This document shows, piece by piece, positions 39,096 to 51,811 of a DNA stretch of 64,000 bases. Location: contig NC_042998.1 in NCBI RefSeq assembly GCF_006345805.1, positions 114,080,001 to 114,144,000 on the forward strand, written 5' to 3'. The stretch comes from Octopus sinensis (lineage: Eukaryota). A program made the position numbers and the translations under genes. The notes under the pieces were generated by a model that had not been told where the DNA came from, ran no database searches, and was given only the letters and a program-made list of their open reading frames with translations. Position 1 is the stretch's first letter, and each line of letters begins with the position of its first letter.

Positions 39096-39887
39096 AGTTT
39101 GTTTTTTGTTTCATTTATTTTCTGATTTTTGTATTTTTGTTTGTCGTCTTGTCTTGTTTATATGTTTCTGTTTTCAATTTCGATTACAGAGAATTCTGTA
39201 ATACCATGATGTTTAGAACAAAAGAAATAAATAAAATGTTATGAAAGTAGAGGAAAACAACGATATAGAGTGGAATACTACTTTCATCCTTATAAACGTT
39301 AGTTTTAATCTCGAGTTGCTGTTGTCTGTAATAATAAAAATAGAAAAGAAATGACAATACATATCTTATTCTATATCTACGTGCAAATCATTCGACATCT
39401 CGTGTTCTGTCTATATCACATTCTGTCTCACTATATACATATATATATATATATCTCATTCAATCACATTTTTGCACAATAACCCCACATATGCATTAAT
39501 ATCATCATATAGACAAACACTCAAAGACGCATATGTAGACGCCCACTCGCATACACAAGCATAACTTTCTTGGCAGTTATCAAACTAAACAAGAACAATC
39601 AAATTAACACAAACCCGTGTGAGTTAAATACATTTTTATTCTTCATATACTGTAATGTATTTTTACTTTTGAGTATGATACTGACCAGAATATTTAGTAA
39701 AATTCATGCGCACGTACATACATAGATACATACATATATATATATACATACAAATGCTGGACCCAAGGTTTGATACCAATGTCCCACCGACAAGACGACA
39801 TTTTGAGATACATTCCTTACGCAGCAGAATTATATATTTCAAAAGTCTCGCGACACGAGTTTCTTGCCTCTGCCTGAAGATATGTTT

Positions 39888-39922
<35 letters not shown>

Positions 39923-39931
39923 TGTGTCTTA

Positions 39932-40347
39932 CTTCTTTATTGCTCACAAGGGGCTAAACATAGAGGGGGAAAACAAGGACAGACAAAGGGATTAAGTCGA
40001 TTATATCGACCTCAGTGCGTAACTGATTCTTAATTTATCGAATCCCGAAAGGATGAAAGGCAAACTCGACCTCGGCGCAATTTGAACTCAGAACGTAACG
40101 GCAGACGAAATACCTATTTCTTTACTTCCCACAAGGGGCTAACACAGAGAGGACAAACAAGGACAGACAAAGGGATTAAGTCGATTATATTAACCCCAGT
40201 GCGTAACTGGTACTTAATTTATCGATCCCGAAAGGATGAAAGGCAAAGTCGACCTCGGCGGAATTTGAACTCAGAATGTAAAGACAGACGAAGCACTGCT
40301 AAGCATTTCGCCCGGCGTGCAAAACGATTCTGCCAGCTCGCTGCCTT
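39932..40347 (-). mobile_element. SINE S1 with tandemly duplicated body
   Basis: Two successive copies of the S1 core. Confidence 0.8.
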
Positions 40348-40403
40348 AGTGTCTGTGTCTGTGTGTGTATTGGTATGTGTGAGAGTAAGTGCGTGTCAAT
40401 CTT

Positions 40404-40439
<36 letters not shown>

Positions 40440-41139
40440 CCTATATATATATATATATATATATATAAAGAGAGAGAGAGAGAGAGAGAGATAGAGAGTA
40501 CAGGAAAATCGTAAGAGCATGAGTCCTTTTCTGTAGTCTCATGTTAGTGCCAACCGTCTGGTGAGTGAAATTGGAGAGAGTGAAATTATGCGGAACCACG
40601 AACATTTAGATAACGAGTTTTTCACACAATATCACACTGAATTTGTATGAGGAATACGTTAATAATTATGTCTGAACGGGCTTTTTAAATAACTGAACAA
40701 TTGAAGTCACATGTTCGAAGGCAAGGTCCAACCACTTAAAAGTACTCAGTAGCTGTTAGATTCATTTTCCGCTTATTTCTCAAATTATCTCAATTTTTGT
40801 AGCCCTTTTGCTATGTTTTATGGCACATAATTTCACTGCAATTGTTGAGAACTAGTTAGTGGCAAGTTTTAACAGACTTCAAATTTTTTCTATATATTTG
40901 CTTGTTGAACTTACGGACATATTGGTCTGCTACATAGTTGTTTGACCTTTTGACAGAGATTACGGTTCTAGTGTGTGATATTAACAAATTATTTTTTGGC
41001 ATGTTTCGGCAGTCGACTAAATCGATTTTAGAATTTCCCTGGAAGGATGAAATGCAGAGTTGAATTTTGCGTGATTTGAGTACAGAGTGCAAAGACGTGC
41101 TAAGGAGTCTGTCGATGCACAACCCTAAGAACAATGTAC

Positions 41140-41440
41140 GATCAATGTTTTCCTTGGCGGTGGCAGTTGTAGGACGTCAAGACTTTGGGTTATCTTCAAG
41201 ACTCACCTTTCCCATCTTACATTCAGCTGCCCCTTTTTGCACTGTTGATAAAGTTGGAGCATCATCTCTTAATGTAGCAACCATCTCAGCATGCATGTCG
41301 TTGGAGGCGAAACTCTTTTCTGTAAGTATTTGATAATACCAGGTTGCCAAATGTTCTATATTTTCAAGGAAAATCGCTACTTGTAAATTCTGAAGTCTTC
41401 TTTGAGCAGTTAAATGTCAGTGTATCTGAAAAAAAAAACC
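41140..41440 (-). mobile_element. Mariner transposase 5' fragment (HTH region)
   Basis: IIKYLQK...DMHAEMVATLRDDAPTLSTVQKGAAECKMGKVSLEDNPKS*RPTTATAKENIDR. Confidence 0.75.
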
Positions 41441-43212
41441 CATCGCAGTTATTAATAAGAAGGGTTGAAATTAATGCACGCAAGATTTCACAGCTGTACT
41501 ATCACTCCATCACGGTCATAAAATTTCATTAGTTCAAATACCTTGGAGAGTTAAAGAAAAGTAAAGCTTAATGGTCAAAGATACAGAAAAGTTGTTTATT
41601 ACATATAGCAAAGAAATATGGAAATTTCCATATTGAAACTTTATTCTAGCTTAATCGTATTTTCAGAACGAATGTCTTTGAAATTGAAATGCTGCCCTTG
41701 ATAATGCATTTTTGCGCAAAGAATACGCCCAAATGGTTTAAGTTGGTTTCAAATACGTATGTAAACATGATAAAAAAGCAGATACATAATACCGAAATCT
41801 AACAAACATTATCGATTATCTAGATTCTTTCTGGAGATTGTTTCTAAAATATTCAGATAAACAATAAATTATGGAGAAAAACTATTTTTCTTTATTATTT
41901 CCATTTTAAGTTATTTACTCTGCCATTCACTTCATTTGATTCGTACTTTTCTTCAAAAAATAAAATCAGTCTAACGTGCGAAAATATAGATTTAGTCGCC
42001 TTGTGGAATAATTTGTGAACATTAAAGAAATAAGAAAAGAATATGAAATAGGGTAAAATGTAAAATTTTTAAAAAAAGAGTAAAGTTACATAAAAAAGTA
42101 ATAATAATGAGAAAAATATGAGGAATGTATTTTGCTTTACACATTCAAGCAGAGAGAAGTCAGAACTATTTCGCATGACTACTTGCCTTCTTAATAAGAC
42201 GGTTTATACATGTCATGTAGATAATGCCCTGTTTATACGAAATGATCTATACAGAGATCAGATCTATAAGGCAAAGATGAAGAAGCAGAAAGAGGTAAAA
42301 AAGTATAAACAAAAACAAGAAACGCTGCTGTCATATTTTAATGAAGACAGTGAGGATAGGTGGAAGTTGATTGAGTCATTCGGTACAGTTTAAATATCTC
42401 TGGGAAATTCATACGAAGATACAAATACGAAGGTACCTGTAAACACACTCACGTAAACATTCACACTAATATGCAGATGCATAAACATATAGGCATTGGC
42501 AGGCGTATATGGGAATTAATGTTCACCGACAAATATACAGAAATATATAAACAAACACTCGTGTGCACTCATTACACACACACACACACACTTACATGCA
42601 GAGATACGGACAGATACACACATGCATAAAACTACTTATACTTGTTAGTGCCTGTGTTTTAGGGGACAATTTGTGTGCATGTGTGCCTGTGTGTACATAT
42701 ATAAATATGATATATACATATGCATACGTATATGTATCCATGTATACATGTACGTAAGCATATATTTGAGACACAGAAAGACACATACACCTTATCGTGT
42801 TAAAGTGTACAGAAACACACACGTTTCTACACGTGCATTTATATGACTACAAGTTTATCGATATATTGTATAGCATGTATAAATGTAAATGCGTACAATA
42901 GATGTTTTCGCTTTTATTTTACTCACTGGATTAACTCCCAATGTAAGCGAGACACTTATCATTACATTCAACCAACCCTTTTCGATCTAGTCGTGAAATT
43001 GTTTTTGAAAAAGAGGATCAATCTCATAAACCTATTTTCGAAGGCTCTGCAATGGCCATGGGTTAGAAAGGACATCAAAAATAATATTGTTGAATCTTAA
43101 ACCTAGACTCATAGATGACATCTTTAGTTACATTCCATACAAGGGAGCCATTTGTTCCCCGAATTTAACATTGTCGTTTCTGTAGGTATGTATGTAATAT
43201 TGGTTTCGCATT

Positions 43213-43416
43213 TTGGCAAAAGGCCATTAATTTCGTACGAGGTGCTAGTCCATTAGACCGACTTCCCTACTCAACTGATATTTATTTTATATCGACCCTA
43301 AAAGGATGTGAGGCAAAGGCAACCTCAGAGGAATTTGAACTCAGATCGCAAAGACGGACGAAATTCCGCTGGGCATTTTTCCCGGCGTGCTATCGATTCT
43401 GCCAGCTCGCTGCCAT
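43213..43416 (-). mobile_element. SINE S1 copy
   Basis: S1 core motif. Confidence 0.75.
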
Positions 43417-44032
43417 TACAAGTACGTAATACTCTTAGTTTTATTAAGCGAACTTTTATGTTTGAGATTTAGCGTCTAACGGAAGCAATGATCAAACCTG
43501 TATCAATCAGCAGGTATGGTGATATCGTCCAAGCCCTCTATTTCATCTAACCTGTATGTCAAGTCAGCGTCTCGATGACTCATAATTCCTTATGGTTCTT
43601 GCACTGTTCTTCCAGCGACATAGAATCCTTTGTTATTTCAGACACGCGGACGCATTTCCATCTATACATGCTCGTGCCCCTTAAAACTGCTCTAAATACT
43701 CTCGTAAAATCCAAAATTCTAATCTTTATTGGTTTACTACATAGAAAAATGTTGCACCTATGAACTTTGTAGGCTCTTGAAGATACAAAGATCGACGCTA
43801 ATAGCGTTTTGGAATAGTTGGAAGTCAAAGCCTGAAGGAAGGATATATACAGAGCAGGAATACTTGGCCGACGTTCTGGGAAGAAATTACAAGACGGAGT
43901 TGTTAATAATGGATATGAAGAAAGAAGATGAGGAGATGAAGCGAGATGAATAAGGTGTACCTGCATGAGATGTCACGAGGTCAACAAACTATGTGGGACA
44001 GAGTTAAAAGTACTTATCGGTAGATAAAGCAC

Positions 44033-44089
<57 letters not shown>

Positions 44090-45019
44090 AAGATAGATAG
44101 AGAGAGAGAGGGAGGATTTGTGGGAGAGATGGGGATGAGATAGGGGTTTGAGATAGAGAGAAAAGTTGAATCAGTTGAATGTAGCCTAAGTATTATCCAA
44201 TATGCGGAAGCAATGCTCCCTTTCGAAAATCACGAAAGAAGTATTTTAGAGAGTAACGCATTACGAGAGAATGAAGTAACTCCTGGTTCTGAAGAGGATG
44301 CATCTTTGGTTTTATACCCAACTGTTTGCCCGAGGGTAGCTTATTTGAAGCAGCAGATCTCTTTTCCTCCAAAGGCACATGAAGCAACTTACACTTTCTG
44401 GTGAGACGAAAAGTGACAGCTGAGCAAGTAACCGAAAACATTCCCCAGGTTATTCTCTCTCATGCCTTTCACGCAAACACTATTAAAAATGGGGCTTAAC
44501 CCGATATTGTCTAAAAATATTAGGGAAATTTCTCCTCACCAACGCCAGCGTAAAGTTACTCACGACCACATCACCTGCAAATCGACTTCACTAAACAATT
44601 TTTCCGAGCATCTTTGGTAGAGAGCCGTGCTCATTTGTGTATCTATCAGCAATCTTGAATTCTCTTCACTATTACTTCCCAATTTTAACAACTCTGTTTG
44701 GGATATTTTCAAAGGAAAACTAAAAAAAACTATATATTTTTAACCGTTTTATCTCCGACACCACAATGAACAACCTTAGAAAAACTCTTGCAAACTCGCC
44801 CATCTCGCAATATGATTAGTATTCGGTAAGCCTAACGATATCGACACTGTGTCTTCCATCACCCATCAAATAATTCGCTGCTGTATATGTTCCTTAAAAC
44901 AAACCCCACAGGAAATTTGCATTTCTATATATCACCATTCACTAGCACTTCAACTGATACTGAAGGTAATGTCAGTAAAGATCTCGTCAGTCATCGCGTG
45001 TGTCTTCTAAGTTTCCAAA

Positions 45020-45055
<36 letters not shown>

Positions 45056-45123
45056 CACACCTACCCACACACATAGAGTCACACATATAATAATAATATA
45101 ATAATAATAATAATAATAATAAT

Positions 45124-45178
<55 letters not shown>

Positions 45179-45267
45179 TAATAATAATAATAACAACATC
45201 GAAAAATACTTTAGGTTCGAAATTTCGCCAAGACACCTGATGAAGAGCTGCACTAGTTTTATATATA

Positions 45268-45321
<54 letters not shown>

Positions 45322-45324
<3 letters not shown>

Positions 45325-45570
45325 GGGGGTCATCTTTAGTTTGTTATCTCCCCTACTTTCCCTCTCATGTGTGACCCTTCTGTCCGAGTCAGTCGCCATG
45401 ATAGATCGTTAGCCACTACACACATTTTTTCTCTCCTTGTTTTTTCTGTGTCCCTTTTGTAGGAGAGCGTAGGCTCGAAACGTAAAAGACTTTTCCCATT
45501 CCTGAACGTTATACTAATACATCTGTGTATTTTGTACACCACCTGCCTTCGTCTTTTGTTTTTTTCGTAA
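45322..45570 (+). repeat. Dispersed repeat (Penelope-terminus-like) with hammerhead-like motif; sister copy at 8393-8580
   Basis: gatagatcgttagccactac...gagcgtaggctcgaaacgt...tatactaatacatctg. Confidence 0.65.
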
Positions 45571-46441
45571 ACACACACATATGCATATATATATATTCAC
45601 ACAGGTACACACATACATACATACATACGTATAAACATACATACATACATACATGCATGCACACACACACACACAGGCACACAGACAGACAGACACAGAC
45701 AGACAGACACACCGACACACAGACACACACACAGACACACACACACACACACACACACACACCACACACACACACATATATATATATATATGCATATATG
45801 GACTATGGTTGCGTCTTAATACTATATCATATATTTGTCCTTATTTTGATTAATTGAACAAGAAGAGATGGATGCACTTAAGCGAACTTTAACAACATTA
45901 ACTAATGTTTCAAAGTTTTGTAGACTTTCGCATTTCACTAAATCAACTATAAGCTGTTGGCTGATTACTTAAAAGTTTATATTGGAAACCATTTAGCTTA
46001 GTGATATATACTACTACTATTAGCAGTGTGAAAATCCTCTTTCACAGTTAACACTACCATTTTTGCACATCAATTGTGCAGTTGTGTTCAACAACATTTA
46101 TATCTACAATAAATATTTGACATTATTAGTATTTGAAAGTTGAATTTCAATATTTGCAATTCTTTTTTTGCTTTTATCAGAATTCACTCAATATCTTAAA
46201 ATGAATATGACACCTATGAAATTGATATGAAAAACTTCTACGTAATTGCAAAGTGTATTCTCTTGATGAAATCACTGGTTAGGATTTCGAATAACATAAA
46301 AAGATGTTTACACAAAACCTCAACTTTGCGACAGCGGCATCTATTTCCCATCAAGCTCGGTGCGACATACGTAAGTTGTTATAATTCAGAAGAAGAAAAA
46401 AACCCACTATAATTATTGGTGTGTGTGTGTGTATATAATAC

Positions 46442-46476
<35 letters not shown>

Positions 46477-46481
46477 ATATA

Positions 46482-46526
<45 letters not shown>

Positions 46527-46647
46527 ATAGAGGGCATTATTACACATAAATGCCTCACACTAGGATGGACAAAGTCATTACTACCAAAATTATACTAATC
46601 ATACCCAAATGCAGTTTTTCAAAGCGAGACATTTAAAAAATGAATTT

Positions 46648-46705
46648 AGTTCTGTATCACCGTGATTTCACATTCAACTTACGTCTAATGATCATCAGCA
46701 GAACT
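46648..46705 (-). ncRNA. Type I hammerhead ribozyme
   Basis: Reverse complement of the 47572-47629 motif. Confidence 0.85.
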
Positions 46706-47129
46706 GATTCTGAACACATCATAAATAAACTACCACCTTACCTTACGTAGCGAAGACGAACAGACAACTGCTCACTCCGGCCAAGCACATGGAATGTTTA
46801 TAAATCATATATCCGGTAAATGGCGGGCTTTTTACGAACTGCATGTCGGGTAATGAAAAGTATTTCGGATAAGTTTAACAATTAAGGATAATCTCTAATA
46901 AGGGATTTTAACAAGAAATTATCGGGTAGCTAGCGTGAAAATCTCATAAAAGAAAAGAATTCGAAAATAATTTTTTTCTTTTGAACAAATTAATTATATC
47001 TATATTGTATAGAGGGCATTATTACACATAAATGCCTCACACTAGGAGGGACAAAGTCATTACTACCAAAATTATACTAATCATACCCAAATGCAGTTTT
47101 TCAAAGCAAGACATTTAAAAAATGAATTT

Positions 47130-47187
47130 AGTTCTGTATCACCGTGATTTCACATTCAACTTACGTCTAATGATCATCAGCAGAACT
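47130..47187 (-). ncRNA. Type I hammerhead ribozyme
   Basis: As above, 482 nt from the 46648 copy. Confidence 0.85.
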
Positions 47188-47571
47188 GATTCTGAACACA
47201 TCATAAATAAACTACCAACCTTACTTTGTCCCTCCTAGTGTGAGGCATTTATGTGTAATAATGCCCTCTATACAATATAGATATAATTAATTTGTTCAAA
47301 AGAAAAAAATTATTTTCGAATTCTTTTCTTTTATGAGGTTTTCACGCTAGCTACCCGATAATTTCTTGTTAAAATCCCTTATTAAGAGATTATCCTTAAT
47401 TGTTAAACTTACTCCGAAATACTTTTCATTACCCGACATGCAGTTCGTAAAAAGCCCGCCATTTACCGGATATATGATTTATAAACATTCCATGTGCTTG
47501 GCCGGAGTGAGCAGTTGTCTGTTCGTCTTCGCTACGTAAGGTTGGTAGTTTATTTATGATGTGTTCAGATC

Positions 47572-47629
47572 AGTTCTGCTGATGATCATTAGACGTAAGT
47601 TGAATGTGAAATCACGGTGATACAGAACT
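47572..47629 (+). ncRNA. Type I hammerhead ribozyme; predicted cleavage 3' of A47622 (AUA)
   Basis: AGTTCTG-CTGATGA-T CATTAGAC GTAA GTTGAATG T-GAA-ATCAC G GTGAT-A-CAGAACT. Stem II is extended, with a U.U at its base. Confidence 0.85.
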
Positions 47630-48051
47630 AAATTCATTTTTTAAATGTCTTGTTTGGAAAAACTGCATTTGGGTATGATTAGTATAATTTTGGTAGTAAT
47701 GACTTTGTCCCTCCTAGTGTGAGGCATTTATGTGTAATAATGCCCTCTATACAATATAGATATAATTAATTTTTTAAAAAGAAAAAAATTATTTTCGAAT
47801 TCTTTTCTTTTATGAGGTTTTCACGCTAGCTACCCGATAATTTCTTGTTAAAATCCCTTATTAAGAGATTATCCTTAATTGTTAAACTTATTCCGAAATA
47901 CTTTTCATTACCCGACATGCAGTTCGTAAAAAGCCCGCCATTTACCGGATATATGATTTATAAACATTCCATGTGCTTGGCCGGAGTGAGCAGTTGTCTG
48001 TTCGTCTTCGCTACGTAAGGTTGGTAGTTTATTTATGATGTGTTCAGAATC

Positions 48052-48109
48052 AGTTCTGCTGATGATCATTAGACGTAAGTTGAATGTGAAATCACGGTGA
48101 TACAGAACT
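48052..48109 (+). ncRNA. Type I hammerhead ribozyme; predicted cleavage 3' of A48102
   Basis: Identical to 47572-47629, 480 nt downstream. Confidence 0.85.
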
Positions 48110-50378
48110 AAATTCATTTTTTAAATGTCTTGCTTGAAAAACTGCATTTGGGTATGATTAGTATAATTTTGGTAGTAATGACTTTGTCCCTCCTAGTGTG
48201 AGGCATTTATGTGTAATAATGCCCTCTATACAATATAGATATAATTAATTTGTTCAAAAGAAAAAAATTATTTTCGATTCTTTTTCTTTTATGAGTTTTC
48301 ACGCTAGCTACCCGATAATTTCTTGTTAAAATCCCTTATTAAGAGATTATCCTTAATTGTTAAACTTATATATATATATATATATAGTTCATTTCCAAAA
48401 TGTAACATTTGTATTATTCTGACAATAATCTTCGGTGAGACCCACAAGCGAAATAATTATATTTGTTCTAACCAAAAAGCGTCATAGAAATTTTATTTTA
48501 TTCACACTTTCTCTAAGCCTTAACTGGTTAAGTGACATTTCTTTTCTTGAGCACTGCTATATAAGAAAATCGAGAAGCCACAATTATGAACTACCGTCTT
48601 TAAAATTGAGAGCATATAGGAAAGTGGAATCCTGCATAAATCTATTTCGAAATAGACTTTGGAATTGTAACGGTTTAGGCATCTTCTGTAATATGCATGC
48701 CTAATGTGAGCTACTCAGATTATAAACTACAAGAAAAATGTAAACCACTGCAACAGCTACATAAGGTACAACAGAATAGAGTAAGGACTACATGACCTCA
48801 TCTTTGTACAACTTAGAGCTAAACGGCAACAAGAAGAGTAACAGCAGCAGTAGCTACACCAACGTATGTTGTTGGTGAATCGAATGAAATCAAAGTTTTC
48901 TATTAACTCTGATGTGGTTTCAATTTTCTGGTATTTTACGTCACTAAAATTATTAAATACGTCGGGAATGACAAACTTCTCGTGACACAGTTCGTGACAT
49001 TCCAAATATGCGAGGTCTTTAAATTTTAATTAGAAATAAATAGTTTCTTTCAGCTAACACTGAAGAGAAGAGGCAAGAAAGCCGTCAATACTTAAGACAG
49101 TGAACCAGTTTCAAATTCACATTGGCCCCGATTTCAATGAAGCAGCCTACACAAAGTATTTTACTTGCCAGAGTTAGGAGACAGATCTTTCCGAGTCACG
49201 CCCTATTATCTTAAAAATAAAGCTACTTTATATAATGTAGTCTAAAAATGATACGTTACAGAGATGGTTGGAACGTCTTTAGTCAAAAATCAATTTAATG
49301 AGGGCTAATCTGGTATAATAAGACCAAGAAACCTTTACTCAATCGTTTGATATGGTTCAAATAGCAGTTTTGATATGATGGAAATAGCTGCCAGTTCTTC
49401 AAATGACACCCCACGGTTATAAAACTTACGTGTATGTTAATACAACAAGCAGGAAATACTGAATGGCCATTGCCAAAACGAGTTTGCTCGCGTAGAGATG
49501 AGTTGGGGCTACAGAGCAACAATACTAGTCATGGGAGAAACAGCAACACGAACTTACGCTGCTAATGCTTTTCAAGAAAGAAATTACCTTCATATTCTCA
49601 TCATCCGCTCTTCTAAATATGTTCCAATTTGCTGCTTTCCATTTATCCAATGGTCGATAAAATAAGTATCAGTAGTATGATGCATACTGTTCAATCGATA
49701 ATGTAACATGACATGCAAAGTATTCGACTTGAAACTTATCAAAAGAAATCAATATTTCAACAACATTTGCGGATTGATACTGGTTGCTACTGACTTCGCT
49801 GTTTAGTAAAGGAATTAGACAAAAAAATAAAGGGAAGAAAAATAATAGTTTAGAAAAAATAGCTTGTATAATTATATGGAATGCCATGAAACTGTTCTTG
49901 GAGGAAATGAAAACTGTATGGAGAGGATTATTAAGAAGGAAAAAGCAAGGAAAACCAACAAAGTCATGAGATAATGGTTTGAAAACAGAAACTGAAAAAA
50001 ATAAGCTAAACAATAACAAAACAACGATGTTGATGTTAAAAAGTAAACATTGAAAATTCAGTGAAAAGTAAACAAATGTTGACTGAACGTAGCACGAATC
50101 AATAGACAGCAATTTTCATGATATAACTCTTCTTCTTCTTCTTCTTCTTCTTCTTCTTCTTCTTCTTCTTCTTCTTCTTCTTCTTCTTCTTCTTCTTCTT
50201 CTTCTTCTTCTCCTTCTTCTCCTCCTCCTTCTTCTTCCCTCCTCCTCCTCCTCCTCCTCCTCCTTCCTGCTCCTCTTTGCTGCACTTCTTGCTTTTCTTC
50301 TTTTTCGTTTTATTCTTGGTAGCAGCATCAGTATTATTATTATTATTAGTAGTAGTAGTAGTATTAGTATTAGTATTA

Positions 50379-50411
<33 letters not shown>

Positions 50412-51134
50412 ACAGCAGCGTGTATTGGCAGAAACACGTTAAGATGTCAGAAGAAATGCACTGTGGGCTCGTATTTATAATGACTATTGACCTTCAACGT
50501 TCAAGTCCAGCTGAAATCAACCCTTTATTTCTACTTGAAGATTGTTTCACCACAATGGTAGGACGAAGACCGGGCCCAGCCTGTGACACACTGGGACACT
50601 TGCCAAGCCAGACCTGTTCCCCTGGCGTTCCCAGCCTTTTTTGCCATTTACTGAATATGTTTGAAACATTTTAGAGTAAGTTATAAGTGCATTTTGTTTT
50701 TAGGTTTCTGCCAACCAATTCAATGATTTAACTAAGATTCGTTGTACAAGACGTACCTATGCAAATGAATAATTTTCAGTGGGTGTAGCTTGCACTGTAC
50801 TACCCACACCTAATTAGCCCAAGAAAACTTTCGCTGGTGTGATATGAGAACTGACAAAACCGGAAACTTTCAAAGCCTCAGGTTTTATTTCGGAGATTTA
50901 TTTCTCTTAAGTAAACTACCAGCCAAGGTTAAAGAACTTCTACATACCCTTGAGGTGAGGTATCTATCCCATGCTAAACACCAAACCGATACCCAAATGC
51001 TCCATAAAGGGATGAAATATTATTCTGGTGTCCGACACGGAGTAGCCCATTCATACATAGACAAAAATGTATGATATATGGTTTCTAAATATAAATAAGA
51101 TTTAAATATAAATAATATATATAAATAAAAATAA

Positions 51135-51383
51135 ATGCGCCCTTTTAAAGCCTATCCAGGCTCTTGGGCCCGGTTTCCCGGTTTCAATGGCGTTTGTGTT
51201 CCCCAGCTGGACGGAACGCCAGTCCATCGCAGTGTTACTCATTCTTGCCGGCTAAGTGGACTGGAGCAACGGGAAATGGAATGTTTTGCTCACGAACACA
51301 ACGCGTCGCTCATTCCAGGAATCATAATCACAAATTTACGATCATGATGCCGACACCCTAACCACTAAGCCATGCGCCTCCAC
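51135..51383 (-). mobile_element. tRNA-derived SINE (S3-like)
   Basis: Minus strand head gtggaggcgcatggcttagtggttagggtg. Body shares ggactggagcaacg..ttgct.a.gaacacaac with 59250-59543. Confidence 0.75.
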
Positions 51384-51384
51384 A

Positions 51385-51460
<76 letters not shown>

Positions 51461-51585
51461 ATGTGTGTGTTACAAATATACATATATATATGTAAAAATA
51501 CACACACACACTAACACACAGACACAGACACAGACACACAGACACACACATACACACAGACACACACACACACACACACACACAT

Positions 51586-51616
<31 letters not shown>

Positions 51617-51625
51617 ATGTGTGTA

Positions 51626-51657
<32 letters not shown>

Positions 51658-51731
51658 TGTTACAAATATACATATATATATGTAAAAATACACACACACA
51701 ACACACAGACACAGACACAGACACACAGACA

Positions 51732-51811
<80 letters not shown>

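Larger units (their letters stand above)
46521..48369. mobile_element. Retrozyme-like array 2: second subfamily of the ~480-bp hammerhead unit; left arm 46521-47224 (sense minus), right arm 47225-48369 (sense plus)
   Basis: Period 479-482 bp, four hammerheads, (TA)n at both ends. Colinear homology to array 1 along the whole unit. Confidence 0.88.

Noticed and set aside
43480-43960. Possible old RTE-type LINE fragment; also a Tc1-like fragment at ~40820-41130
   Set aside because: Only one or two loose motifs each; not supportable by eye.
45225-45255. acacCTGATGAagagctg after (TAA)n
   Set aside because: Truncated; no GAAA or stems follow.
47908-48117. 69-aa antisense ORF in the array 2 unit, and possible endless ORF in a 480-nt circle (480 is divisible by 3)
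   Set aside because: The homologous frame in family 1 stops after ~20 codons. The unit is AT-rich with frequent stops, and conservation follows base pairing, not codons.
48850-49800. Faint piggyBac-like peptide echoes on the plus strand
   Set aside because: Too degenerate to distinguish from chance without a profile search.
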